From the NCBI GenBank assembly GCA_025449555.1, contig JANWJD010000084.1:712-64711 (forward strand): DNA of 64,000 nt, in the 5' to 3' direction. Shown here in pieces: positions 1 to 9,332 of the stretch. The position numbers and the translations under genes are program-made. Positions within the stretch are counted from its first letter, which is position 1. Every line of letters starts with the position of its first letter. The notes below the pieces were generated by a model that was not told where the DNA came from, made no database searches, and saw nothing but the letters and a program-made list of their open reading frames with translations. This stretch comes from Chloroflexota bacterium (GTDB lineage: Bacteria > Chloroflexota > UBA5177).

Positions 1-1526
1 ACCCGGGCCGGCGGGCCTTCGTCGATGATCACGACGTTGTCGGACGCGGCGGTCCGCAGGCTCACGTCCTGCGCCGGAAATGAGTCAGACATCCAGTGCC
101 ATACGCCGTCCACGTGATGGAGCACCTCATTCTGGCCCAGAAACGCAAGGATGTCGGCCGTGCTGTCCACGCCAAATTCCTCGCCATCCTGGAACGGCAA
201 TTCAAACGCGGCACACTTCACGTGGTTGACCAGGACGATGAGATTGTTCGGGTCGATCAGACCGGCTTCGGGCGAACGCTCGAAGAAGTAATCGGAGTGC
301 GTGACCAGGAATTGATCGAGCGCCGAGCTGCTCGCCACCATGATTGCGAGCGACGCATCATTGCGGCGTCCCGCTCGTCCCATCTGTTGCCAGGCACTCG
401 CGATCGTTCCAGGAAATCCCGTCACCACACATGCGTCGAGCGCGCCGATGTCGATCCCGAGCTCAAGCGCGTTAGTAGCAACCACTCCCCGCACCGATCC
501 GTCCCGCAACCCTCGTTCGATTTCGCGGCGCTGTAAGGGAAGGTAGCCGCTACGATATCCCCGAATCGCGTCCCGTCTGCCACGACCGACGGCATTGCGC
601 AGGTAGCCCAGCAGCAACTCCACTCCCGTCCGCGAGCGGGTAAATACGATCGTCTGGATATTGTTCTGCAGCAGCCGCCCGGCCAGATCGCTGGCCGTCA
701 ACCGGGAGCTCGCCCGTAAGCCGAGTTGCCGGTTCACAACCGGCGGATTGTACAGGATGACATGCTTCCGACCACGCGGCGCGCCGTTCGAGTCGATCAG
801 CGTCACGGGCTCACCCAGGATTCGCTCGGCCAGTTCCGCCGGATTCGCGATCGTGGCCGAACAGAAAATGAACTGTGGATTCGACCCGTAGTAGCGACAA
901 ATCCGCTTCAGGCGCCGCAATACATTTGCCACGTGGCTTCCAAACACGCCTCGATAGACGTGCAGCTCGTCGATCACGATGTATTGCAGATTCTCAAACA
1001 ATCGGAACCAGCGTGTGTGATGCGGCAGGATCCCGGTATGCAGCATATCCGGATTCGTCACCACGATGTGTCCTGCGTCCCGGATCGCCTTCCGGGCGGT
1101 TTGCGGCGTATCCCCATCATAGGTGTGCGTCTTGATGTCGACGCCCAGCGTGTCGACCACTCCCAGCAACTCGCTCACCTGATCCTGGGAGAGCGCCTTG
1201 GTGGGAAATAGGTACAGAGCTCGCGCCGTGTCATCGGCCAGAATCGCGTTCAGGACGGGCACGTTGTAGCACAGCGTCTTCCCGGAAGCCGTGGGCGTGA
1301 CCACCACGACATTCTCTCGACGCTGCACCGCCTCCACCGCGCTGCGCTGGTGGCTGTACAAACGGTTGATGCCGCGTGCCGCGAACGCTTCTAAGAGCCG
1401 CCGGTCCACGAATTCGGGAAAATCCGCGTACTCTGCCTGAGCAGCCGGAAGCTGTCGATAAGAAGCGATATTGGCGGCGATGCCTGGGTCGTTGAGCAAT
1501 TGCTCGACGACCTGATCCACGTTCAC
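1..1526 (-). CDS. DEAD/DEAH-box helicase of the MrfA/SftH/Hrq1-like type, N-terminal part (gene continues past window start)
   Basis: Minus-strand translation gives motif I VVVTPTASGKTLCYNVP about 78 aa after a GTG start at 1526, then DEXH-helicase motifs; ORF is open to position 1. The '+' ORFs at 96-1211 are antisense artefacts. Confidence 0.8.
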   Translation of the reverse strand, partial: MNVDQVVEQLLNDPGIAANIASYRQLPAAQAEYADFPEFVDRRLLEAFAARGINRLYSHQRSAVEAVQRRENVVVVTPTASGKTLCYNVPVLNAILADDTARALYLFPTKALSQDQVSELLGVVDTLGVDIKTHTYDGDTPQTARKAIRDAGHIVVTNPDMLHTGILPHHTRWFRLFENLQYIVIDELHVYRGVFGSHVANVLRRLKRICRYYGSNPQFIFCSATIANPAELAERILGEPVTLIDSNGAPRGRKHVILYNPPVVNRQLGLRASSRLTASDLAGRLLQNNIQTIVFTRSRTGVELLLGYLRNAVGRGRRDAIRGYRSGYLPLQRREIERGLRDGSVRGVVATNALELGIDIGALDACVVTGFPGTIASAWQQMGRAGRRNDASLAIMVASSSALDQFLVTHSDYFFERSPEAGLIDPNNLIVLVNHVKCAAFELPFQDGEEFGVDSTADILAFLGQNEVLHHVDGVWHWMSDSFPAQDVSLRTAASDNVVIIDEGPPAR

Positions 1527-1594
1527 CGGCCGGCCGCCCTTCTAGCTCAGTCCGTCTGAGAGTTTCATGGTACCGTGCCTGCCCGCGAATGTCA

Positions 1595-2560
1595 TTAATT
1601 TCCGCTAAATTGAACCTCACTCGGCTGGCGTTGCAGGTCCTTGCCCAGGCATCCGGCAAGCAACGCCATCCGGATGTACAATCCGTTCTGCGCCTGACGG
1701 AAGTAAGCCGCGCGTCGATCGGAGTCCACCTCGACTGTGATTTCGTCGACCCGAGGCAACGGGTGCATGACGATGGATGCCGGCTTCATCCGTTCCACCA
1801 TTTCCCGGTCGATCACATACACGCCCTGCGCGGCTCGATAATCGTCCGCCCGATCGCCGAAGCGTTCCTTCTGAATGCGCGTCTGATACACCACATCCAC
1901 CTGTCCGATGATCGCCCGGAGATTCGTTTCCTCCTGAAACCAGACATCATGCCGGGCCAGGTACTCTTTGATGTCCTGTCGCATGCGGACGACCTCAGGC
2001 GCCACCAGGTGGATACGGATGTTGCGATACTTGGCCAGCAAGTAACACAGTGACCGTGCGGTGCGACCGTTTGCCAGATCTCCCACCACCGCGATATCCA
2101 GCTCATCAAGCCGCCCGAGTTCCTTCTGAATGGTGTAGAGATCGAGGAATGCCTGCGTGGGGTGCTGGCCGGTACCGTCTCCAGCGTTGATGATCGGCAC
2201 CCGTGACACATCGGCTGCCCGCCGCGCCGCTCCACTTTCGTAGTGTCGCATGACGATCACGTCGGCGTATCCGTTCATGATTCTAATCGTGTCCTCGAGC
2301 GTCTCCCCTTTGGAAACCGACGAGAACTGACGGGCGTTCTCGGTCGAGATCACACTGCCGCCCTGGCGCAACATGGCGGTCTCGAACGAGAAGCGCGTGC
2401 GGGTACTCTCCTCGTAAAACAGGCTCGCCATGATCTTGCCGTCCAGGAGCTTGGATCCGCCTTCCCACACCACGTGCTCCATTTCGCCGGCGATATCGAA
2501 TAATTCCTCGAGCATGGCTCGGTTGAATTCCTGTGCTTCCACGATGTAGTGCAATCTCAC
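1595..2560 (-). CDS. pyrB: aspartate carbamoyltransferase catalytic subunit
   Basis: 321 aa with the STRTR carbamoyl-phosphate motif and HPLP motif; full ATCase length. Confidence 0.93.
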   Translation of the reverse strand: MRLHYIVEAQEFNRAMLEELFDIAGEMEHVVWEGGSKLLDGKIMASLFYEESTRTRFSFETAMLRQGGSVISTENARQFSSVSKGETLEDTIRIMNGYADVIVMRHYESGAARRAADVSRVPIINAGDGTGQHPTQAFLDLYTIQKELGRLDELDIAVVGDLANGRTARSLCYLLAKYRNIRIHLVAPEVVRMRQDIKEYLARHDVWFQEETNLRAIIGQVDVVYQTRIQKERFGDRADDYRAAQGVYVIDREMVERMKPASIVMHPLPRVDEITVEVDSDRRAAYFRQAQNGLYIRMALLAGCLGKDLQRQPSEVQFSGN

Positions 2561-2669
2561 CGATATTTCTCCTTGGAGACAACGGGCGTTGGCATGACCT
2601 CAGGGATTCTACGCGCGCTGAGCGGCTGCCCACAACGCGACCGAGAATCACTCGACTTAAGATGAAGGA

Positions 2670-3560
2670 ATGGATCGACCCTTGGCTGAAACCTCTGTCG
2701 ACTCGTTGAACCTCCGGCCGGGTCGCGCCGGCGACCGCGCAGGCATGCTCCGCATCACGGAGGGAGTCTGGGACGGTACCGATTACGTGCCCTATCAGTG
2801 GCAGCACTGGCTCGACGACCCGTCCGGCTACCTGTGCGTTGCCACCTGGAATGACCGCGTAGTCGGCCTGCAGCACGTCGGCGTGCAGGCCGATGGAACT
2901 GCCTGGCTGGAGGGCATCCGCGTCGACGAGATTGTGCGCGGGCGTGGCATCGGAGCCGCCCTGCTTCAGCATGGTCTGGGTTGGGCGCGCGACGCCGGTT
3001 GCACGGTCGCTCGCCTCTCTACCTCCAGCGAAAACGCATCCAGCGTTCGAATTGCGCGCAAAGCAGGTATGAGGGAAGTAGCCTCCTTCGACGTCCTGGC
3101 CGGCCCGCCATCACCGGTCTCCGCACCGGACCTTCCAGTCCGTCTGGCCCACCCGGGGGATCTCGCGGCGCTGAAACACCTGCTCCTCCACGAATGGAAC
3201 ACCGCTGAATCCAAAGCGTTCTACACCGAAGGCTGGACCGCGTATCGACTCACCGCCGAGCGCATCGACCTGCTGGTCGCAGTGCATGCGATAGTAGTGG
3301 TCGCATCAGACGGCATCGACGCGGTCGGCATTGCGACGGCCTCGGTCGGTCGGCCGGTCCTCCGGCTGGGATTCCTCAACGGGACCTTGGAAGGGAAAAA
3401 ATCAGTCGTGGCCTGGATCCAGCGACAGGCCTCCTCCGCCTCGATCGCCCACATCCGAGCCACCCTCCCGCGCGACCCCACCACCGAGGCCGTCCTACAA
3501 CCGCTCGGTTTCGCGCCCGGTTCCGGCTTCGCCATGGTCCTCTTGGAGACCCAGCTTTAA
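2670..3560 (+). CDS. GNAT family N-acetyltransferase (two-lobed)
   Basis: 296 aa; acetyl-CoA binding signature RGRGIGAALL...A is GNAT-like. Confidence 0.7.
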   Translation: MDRPLAETSVDSLNLRPGRAGDRAGMLRITEGVWDGTDYVPYQWQHWLDDPSGYLCVATWNDRVVGLQHVGVQADGTAWLEGIRVDEIVRGRGIGAALLQHGLGWARDAGCTVARLSTSSENASSVRIARKAGMREVASFDVLAGPPSPVSAPDLPVRLAHPGDLAALKHLLLHEWNTAESKAFYTEGWTAYRLTAERIDLLVAVHAIVVVASDGIDAVGIATASVGRPVLRLGFLNGTLEGKKSVVAWIQRQASSASIAHIRATLPRDPTTEAVLQPLGFAPGSGFAMVLLETQL

Positions 3561-3949
3561 CCGCCAACGACGACTCGCCAATAACGACTCGCCGGCATCG
3601 ATCGCGCCATATGAATCCGGAAGGGCGGTGCGATCCGGTAGGGCCGGAGGTCTCCGGTAGGGCCGGCCCGCGGCCGCCAGGCCGCAGTGGCCCGCCGCCT
3701 CCACGTCCTCCGTCTGACCTCTCCCCTCGATCCGACGCCCGCTCCAAGTCGAGACAAATATAAGAACGACCGGGTGAACGCGACATCAATGAAACCGGCC
3801 GCCATTCGAAAGCATAACGTAAGAAACGTAACGAATTTGTAAGTCCTGGGTGAGACGATCGAAGTTCGGGCCGGTGACAGGTTCGTCACTTCCGCCTGCC
3901 AGAACCCCTTGATTTCCTCATAGCCACACTACGAACCCAGGGACTCTTC

Positions 3950-5227
3950 GTGGCCCTATTGCTCTTATTCGCGTTTGTATCGGGTCTCCTCACCATCTTT
4001 GCGCCTTGCGTGTGGCCACTCCTGCCCGTGGTTCTCTCTGCGTCGACTGTCGGAAATCGCCGGAGTCCACTCGGCATCGTGTTGGGCTTGATGGGCAGCT
4101 TTGGCCTCGTCACCCTCGGGGCTTCCTACGCCGTCCAGTCACTTCATGTCGACCCCGACAAGCTCCGATTGTTCGCGGTCATCGTGATTGCATACCTGGG
4201 GATCAGCATGCTGATCCCTGACCTGGAGCGGGTTCACCAGATCGTGCTCGGTGGAGCCGTTCGCGCCATCCGCCCCGCCCCAGCCGCCCCGGCCAGAGGT
4301 CTGGGAAGCGGCGCGCTGCTGGGTATCTCACTTGGGATCGTCTGGTCGCCCTGTGCGGGGCCAATCCTCGCCACGATCACGGCCCTGGCCGTCACAGCAC
4401 GCGTCAGTACCGCATTGGTTTTTGTGACGTCGGCCTACCTGGTCGGCGTTGGTATCCCGCTCTTCGCATTCGCATACGGCGGGCAGAGATTACTCAGGAG
4501 GCTCACCATCTTGAAACGGTTCCCTCGACACGCACACCGGGTTTTTGGCATGGTCATAGTGCTGACCGCGCTCGGCATCTACAGCAATTACGACAAGGTA
4601 CTGGCCGCCAGGCTTTCAGATCTTACCCCGCAATACAGCGGGGCCTTGATCGCGTTCGAGCGCGATCGAATCGTGACGCAACGACTCGCCCTGTTGAACC
4701 AGCGTACCCGCTCCGCTACCGATGCTGCGCAGCATCGACGGACTACATCCTGCCCCAAAAACCTGTGCGATCAACACTACCGAGCACCGGAATTTGTGGG
4801 CATCAGTCACTGGCTCAACACGGCGCGGCCGCTCACGATGCGGAGCCTGCGAGGCAGGGTCGTACTGATTCACTTCTGGACGTTTGACTGTATCAACTGC
4901 ATCCACACGCTCTCGAAGGTGGAAGGCTGGTACGAGAAATATCGAAAGAATGGCTTCGTCGTGATCGGCGTCCATTCACCCGAGTTCGCCTACGAGAAGG
5001 TCACGAGCAATGTCCAGGCTGCCTTGGGACGCTTCAACATCCGTTATCCCGTGCCTCAAGACAACGATTTACGAACGTGGGACGCGTTTCAAAATGCATT
5101 CTGGCCGGCAGAATATCTGATCGACGCTCACGGCTTCGTTCGGTTCACCTATGCCGGAGAAGGAAACTACGGCAACACCGAAACGGCGATCCGTGATCTC
5201 CTCGGTGAAGCCGGGCATCACGTGTAA
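3950..5227 (+). CDS. cytochrome c biogenesis CcdA/DsbD-like membrane domain fused to a thioredoxin-like (TlpA/ResA-type) domain
   Basis: N-terminal multi-TM CcdA-like region with conserved Cys; C-terminal WTFDCINC redoxin CxxC motif. Confidence 0.8.
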   Translation: MALLLLFAFVSGLLTIFAPCVWPLLPVVLSASTVGNRRSPLGIVLGLMGSFGLVTLGASYAVQSLHVDPDKLRLFAVIVIAYLGISMLIPDLERVHQIVLGGAVRAIRPAPAAPARGLGSGALLGISLGIVWSPCAGPILATITALAVTARVSTALVFVTSAYLVGVGIPLFAFAYGGQRLLRRLTILKRFPRHAHRVFGMVIVLTALGIYSNYDKVLAARLSDLTPQYSGALIAFERDRIVTQRLALLNQRTRSATDAAQHRRTTSCPKNLCDQHYRAPEFVGISHWLNTARPLTMRSLRGRVVLIHFWTFDCINCIHTLSKVEGWYEKYRKNGFVVIGVHSPEFAYEKVTSNVQAALGRFNIRYPVPQDNDLRTWDAFQNAFWPAEYLIDAHGFVRFTYAGEGNYGNTETAIRDLLGEAGHHV

Positions 5228-5369
5228 CGTGGCTGTCGCTATCGAGGGCTCGGTACAGCGTCGGTGTGAACGTGTCTTCGACCGGTGGGAGACAGTCGAT
5301 TGCAGTGCAAGCCTGGAGCCAACCCGTCACCGTGAGGTCTTGATCGCCGGCATCGGGGAAATGGCCACC

Positions 5370-5567
5370 CTAGGCGGCCCCTGCTTGTGTGTAGGCGTTC
5401 GGAGTAGGGACGACCGCGGGGCCGACGCATACGACGGCCGGTTGCAGAGCCGCAACGGGATTCCCGTACATCCGGCGATACTCAATCACGCATACCAGCA
5501 CCAGGAGTTCCGGCACGGCGCACATGGTCAGGAAGAACAGCCCGAGGAACACGATCAGGATTCCCAT
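5370..5567 (-). CDS. hypothetical small membrane protein
   Basis: 65 aa; hydrophobic N-terminal helix MGILIVFLGLFFLTMCAVPELLVLVCV; GGAAAGAG SD-like sequence upstream; no recognisable family. Confidence 0.25.
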   Translation of the reverse strand: MGILIVFLGLFFLTMCAVPELLVLVCVIEYRRMYGNPVAALQPAVVCVGPAVVPTPNAYTQAGAA

Positions 5568-5750
5568 GGTGTCTCATCTCTTTCCGCCCGGCCGAGCTAG
5601 GGCTACGGGATATCGGTATCATCTCCCGCCCGTCTTACCAGCTGAGATCGTGGCTTACGGGAACCTTACACGGCGAGTGCGAGCTATCAACCGTCTCGCA
5701 GGTGCTCCACTGCGGGCGCGGGCTCAGACCGCTCAGCTGCCGAGGTTGGT

Positions 5751-6077
5751 CTATACCCGATTTGCCGACAGGGCAGAGATGGTTGAGACGCAAAACGGGA
5801 CCATGTACGTCAGGCACATCTTCAAGATCACAAGCGACGTAATCGATCCCCGGAGTAAAACGTCACCCTGATTGATGAGTATCAGAAGCGAACCCACGAT
5901 CACGCTGATAGCCAGGGAGCGCCGAAAAACCGACGGGTACAGGATCGCGCACTGTACACACAGCAGCTTCTCGGACGTTCGGTCGAAACTGTAGACCGCT
6001 CGTCGGTTCCCATGGGGACATCGATGCTCTGAACTCTTGGCGATGTGGGAGGAGTCCTCGGTTTCGATCTGCCCCAT
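5751..6077 (-). CDS. NrtS-family (nitrate/nitrite transporter NrtS-like) small membrane protein with a Cys/His-containing N-terminal extension
   Basis: C-terminal 60 aa (VGSLLILINQGDVLLRGSITSLVILKMCLTYMVPFCVSTIS) match the NrtS pattern VGSLL.IN.G...G..T....LTY.VPY.V; GAGGT SD 9 nt before the ATG at 6077; the only in-frame start. Confidence 0.5.
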   Translation of the reverse strand: MGQIETEDSSHIAKSSEHRCPHGNRRAVYSFDRTSEKLLCVQCAILYPSVFRRSLAISVIVGSLLILINQGDVLLRGSITSLVILKMCLTYMVPFCVSTISALSANRV

Positions 6078-6300
6078 AAGCCACTACCTCGCCGTGCGTA
6101 TTCGCTCTGCCAGGACGGTCGGTCGGTCACGACCTCACCACTTCACGCTTTGTGACCGGTCGTTTACAACTCCGGCCCGACCTTTACCTTCTCGCAACCT
6201 CGGCATATACTATTCCTCGGATTGTACGCGCGGCGGGCAACTTGACTCCCCCTATGCCGAGGACCCTCCCGCCGATCGCGGTTTAGAAGTGAGGTCGGAG

Positions 6301-6948
6301 ATGACTGTGGCGGACTCGAAAGTCGAGTGGAAAATCAGCGGAGAGGAAGTGGTCAGTTGCAACTGTGCCTGGGGATGCCCCTGCCAGTTCAACGGCTTAC
6401 CGACTACCGGCCGGTGCGAGGCCTTCCTCGCCTGGGACATCCACGAGGGCCACTACGGTGACACGCGACTCGACGGGGCCAGGTTTGCCCGCGTGTACTC
6501 CTGGCCTGGGTCTATTCCTGAGGGCGACGGCACCCGTCTCTTGATTCTGGACGAACGCACCTCACCCGAGCAGCGTGACGCGCTCGTCGCTCTGGAAAGT
6601 GGTCAGCAAGGCCATCCGTACTTCGAGATCTTTGCTGCGGTCTGCCCGCACACGGCGGACACAGTGGTCGCTCCGATTGAGATCGAGGTCGACCGGGAGC
6701 AACGTCGCGCTCGGGTAAGTATCCCCGGCGTGGGTGAGTCCGCAATCGAGCCGATCAAGAACCCGGTCACAGGCGAAGCCCACCGGGCACGTATCGACTT
6801 GCCCAACGGGTTCGAATATAAACAGGCAGAAATGGGAAATACGGTCTCCTGGAGGGTGACCGCGGGTGCTCCCATGCAGATGGAGCACGAGAACACATAC
6901 GCCCAGCTGAATCCTTTTGATTGGAGTAGCGACGGCACGAGCCGTTGA
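6301..6948 (+). CDS. DUF1326 domain-containing protein
   Basis: CNCAWGCPCQFN Cys-cluster near N-terminus typical of DUF1326; GAGGT RBS before the ATG at 6301; the longer ORF from 6037 is an upstream extension. Confidence 0.7.
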   Translation: MTVADSKVEWKISGEEVVSCNCAWGCPCQFNGLPTTGRCEAFLAWDIHEGHYGDTRLDGARFARVYSWPGSIPEGDGTRLLILDERTSPEQRDALVALESGQQGHPYFEIFAAVCPHTADTVVAPIEIEVDREQRRARVSIPGVGESAIEPIKNPVTGEAHRARIDLPNGFEYKQAEMGNTVSWRVTAGAPMQMEHENTYAQLNPFDWSSDGTSR

Positions 6949-7014
6949 GTCAGACTGTTCCGACGACCGGAAACCGACAATTGCCTGATTGATGCACACG
7001 CCGGGACAAAACAT

Positions 7015-8265
7015 ATGAAATCATCGACTTCCGATGGAGCGACCGGCGCGCGAACTGTATTCACTCGCGACCGGATGACACCCGCTGCAGTCTTGTTGCT
7101 GCTCGCGGCTCTGGCCTGGGTGGGCGTGCTTATCTGGGCTCGCTCCCCGTCGATGATGGACGCCATGCCTGGGCCCGTGGCCCCAACTCGCGCCACCCTC
7201 TTCGCGGCCATGTGGCTTGTCATGATGGCCGCCATGATGCTGCCCGCTGTCACTCCGATTGTCCTGCTCTTCCGCACCGTGCAGCGAAGCCGTGTCGCCC
7301 GTGGCAACCTCGCAGTTCCGACCAGTTCCTTCGTCGGAGGCTATCTCCTGGTATGGCTGGCAGCCGGTGTCGCGGCGTTTCTGATATACGCGCTCGTGCA
7401 AAGCGTCTCCCCGCGTCTCCATGCCGACACCGGATGGCTCCCCTATGTCGGAGGCGTCATCGTCGTGCTGGCCGGGATCTATCAGCTCACGCCACTCAAA
7501 AACGTCTGCCTACGCCACTGCCGTTCGCCGATTCACTTCCTGATGCACGGGTGGGGCGAAGGCAAGCTCGGCGCATTCCGCACCGGCGCCGGCCACGGTC
7601 TTTTCTGTCTGGGGTGCTGCTGGGGAATCATGGCCGTGCTCTTCGTCGTCGGCCTGATGAACCTCGGCTGGATGGCGGCCTTGAGCCTGGTCATTACGAT
7701 CGAGAAATTGGCGCCGCGCGGCGTGACCATCGCCCGAGGTGTGGGTGGTCTCTTCATCGCATTGGGCGCCTTGATCGCCTTCTGGCCTTCAGCATTTGCT
7801 CCCGCCGGCCTCACCATGGGAAACACCATGTCCATGGGATCTCCGAGCCGGCCCGTATCGACTGTGACGGCCGGCCCGTACCGGCTCACACTTCGAGTGG
7901 GAATGGCTGAGCAGTTGCTTACACCGGCCGTCGCGAAAGGGACCCACGCACGATCTGGAGAGATCATGCTTGGAATGTCGGCCGGTCAGCCCATAACGAT
8001 GAACGATAGGTCGAATCTGCGCCATGTCGAGGTGCGAATCGTCGACCGCGCCATGGGGATGCTCGTCCGCAATGCGCGAGTTTCGGTGCAGCTCGGCCCG
8101 AGCCACATGTCTACCCAGTCGATTCCGCTCATGCCGATGTACGGAATCATCCAGGGCCGCAAGGACTACCATTACGGCGCCAACATTTCCATCTCCCCGG
8201 GACAATATACGGCACACGTGCGCGTCAACAACGTCCGCGCGAGCTTCCCGATCCGCGTCCACTAA
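7015..8265 (+). CDS. DUF2182-family predicted metal-binding integral membrane protein with an extra C-terminal ~130-aa beta-rich (YtkA/FixH-like?) domain
   Basis: Multi-TM protein with HCRSP / CLGCC motifs (DUF2182); sits next to DUF1326 as is usual for this pair; C-terminal non-membrane extension. Confidence 0.65.
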   Translation: MKSSTSDGATGARTVFTRDRMTPAAVLLLLAALAWVGVLIWARSPSMMDAMPGPVAPTRATLFAAMWLVMMAAMMLPAVTPIVLLFRTVQRSRVARGNLAVPTSSFVGGYLLVWLAAGVAAFLIYALVQSVSPRLHADTGWLPYVGGVIVVLAGIYQLTPLKNVCLRHCRSPIHFLMHGWGEGKLGAFRTGAGHGLFCLGCCWGIMAVLFVVGLMNLGWMAALSLVITIEKLAPRGVTIARGVGGLFIALGALIAFWPSAFAPAGLTMGNTMSMGSPSRPVSTVTAGPYRLTLRVGMAEQLLTPAVAKGTHARSGEIMLGMSAGQPITMNDRSNLRHVEVRIVDRAMGMLVRNARVSVQLGPSHMSTQSIPLMPMYGIIQGRKDYHYGANISISPGQYTAHVRVNNVRASFPIRVH

Positions 8266-8325
8266 GAGCCAGACTAACCCGCTCACCCGTTCGGTGTTCC
8301 CGCACCACACTGACACACGCCGAGC

Positions 8326-8360
8326 CCTCGTAGGGAACGGCCGGCGCGCCGTCCCACCCC
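8326..8360. repeat. GC-rich hairpin repeat family 2 (copy 1), downstream of the DUF2182 gene
   Basis: CCTCGTAGGGAACGGCCGGCGCGCCGTCCCACCCC; copies at 13438 and 20228 match 28/30. Confidence 0.7.
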
Positions 8361-8416
8361 GACCACGCGTGCAGAACACAAGGACCTCATTCCCCACTCC
8401 CATTTCCCCCGGCAAA

Positions 8417-8494
8417 CGTTGTAGCGTTGACCCTTGTGGCCAACCCGTTGTCCGAAGCGGCCGTTGTAGCGTTGACCCTTGTGGTCAACCCGTT
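8417..8494. repeat. two tandem copies (45-bp pitch) of REP-like palindromic repeat family 1
   Basis: CGTTGTAGCGTTGACCCTTGTGG(C/T)CAACCCGTT at 8417-8449 and 8462-8494; hairpin GTTGACC-CTTGT-GGTCAAC. Confidence 0.8.
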
Positions 8495-8539
8495 CTCCAA
8501 CGTGTTCATGCGCCGCGATCTCTCGGGAACTGCCCTGGC

Positions 8540-9040
8540 CTATAACGACTGCACCCAATCCCTCAACGCTGCCTCCGTATTCCAGAAAGCGAGGTGTCGC
8601 CAGGGAATTGACTCCGGGTCAAAGCTGGCGAACTCCAGCGCTTCGCTTCCCCCGGTCGGCTCGGTCAAAGCCTCCGCCAGGTACACGATCAGGACCGTCG
8701 GCGCCTCGCGACGCGAGTAGATATTCAGTAGTCCAGTGATTCGTACATCCATGTGCAGCTCTTCAAATGTCTCCCGACGTGCCGCTTCTTCCACTGTTTC
8801 ACCCATTTCCATGAACCCTGCAGGAAAGGTCCAGGCACCCAGACGCGGTTGAATCGCCCGACGCAACAACCACGCCCGTCCGTCCCGAGTCGGCACCACA
8901 CCCGCCACCACCTTGGGATTGATGTAGTGGATCTCCTCGCAGACAGTGCAGACCAGCCGCTCTCGCTGTTCGACCACGACGTACTGCGGTGCCAGTGGTT
9001 GGCCGCAGCCGGAACAGAAACGTGGAGGTGAGTTATACAT
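8540..9040 (-). CDS. NUDIX hydrolase with N-terminal zinc-ribbon
   Basis: CxxC...CxxC N-terminus; NUDIX box GFMEMGETVEEAARRETFEELHM. Confidence 0.8.
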   Translation of the reverse strand: MYNSPPRFCSGCGQPLAPQYVVVEQRERLVCTVCEEIHYINPKVVAGVVPTRDGRAWLLRRAIQPRLGAWTFPAGFMEMGETVEEAARRETFEELHMDVRITGLLNIYSRREAPTVLIVYLAEALTEPTGGSEALEFASFDPESIPWRHLAFWNTEAALRDWVQSL

Positions 9041-9119
9041 TTAATGGCGTGCGTGGGAACGGTTCTTGCTGCGGTCACGGTCACCTGCACACTTGCCCGA
9101 ACCATCAGGAGGCCCGCCA

Positions 9120-9332
9120 GTGAAAGTCACCATTTCAGCTCGACAGTTCGAACGGTCCGGGCGGTTAGGACCTTTGTGCCTGGCATGTGGAAACAAGCAG
9201 CGATTCTGGGTGGAGCGTCCGGACGGCGTGCAACTGGCAGACCTGTGCGACGTATTAGATGACAATGTTCGCGTTCGGGCGTGTGGACGGTGTCGTTCTC
9301 GACATTCCCTTGTCATGGCGCGGGTAGATTGA
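9120..9332 (+). CDS. hypothetical small Cys-rich (CxxC...CxxC) protein
   Basis: 70 aa from a GTG preceded by AGGAGG (7-nt spacing); two CxxC pairs (CLAC, CGRC); 3' end overlaps the convergent metalloprotease by ~78 bp. Confidence 0.3.
   Translation: MKVTISARQFERSGRLGPLCLACGNKQRFWVERPDGVQLADLCDVLDDNVRVRACGRCRSRHSLVMARVD

Noticed and set aside
96-1211. Plus-strand ORFs (146, 161, 86 aa) at the start of the window
   Set aside because: They lie antisense to a clearly recognisable DEXH helicase on the minus strand (TPTASGKT motif); they are high-GC antisense open frames.
6037-6300. Upstream 88-codon extension of the DUF1326 ORF
   Set aside because: It overlaps the NrtS-like gene on the opposite strand, and a strong GAGGT RBS precedes the internal ATG at 6301 where DUF1326 homology begins.
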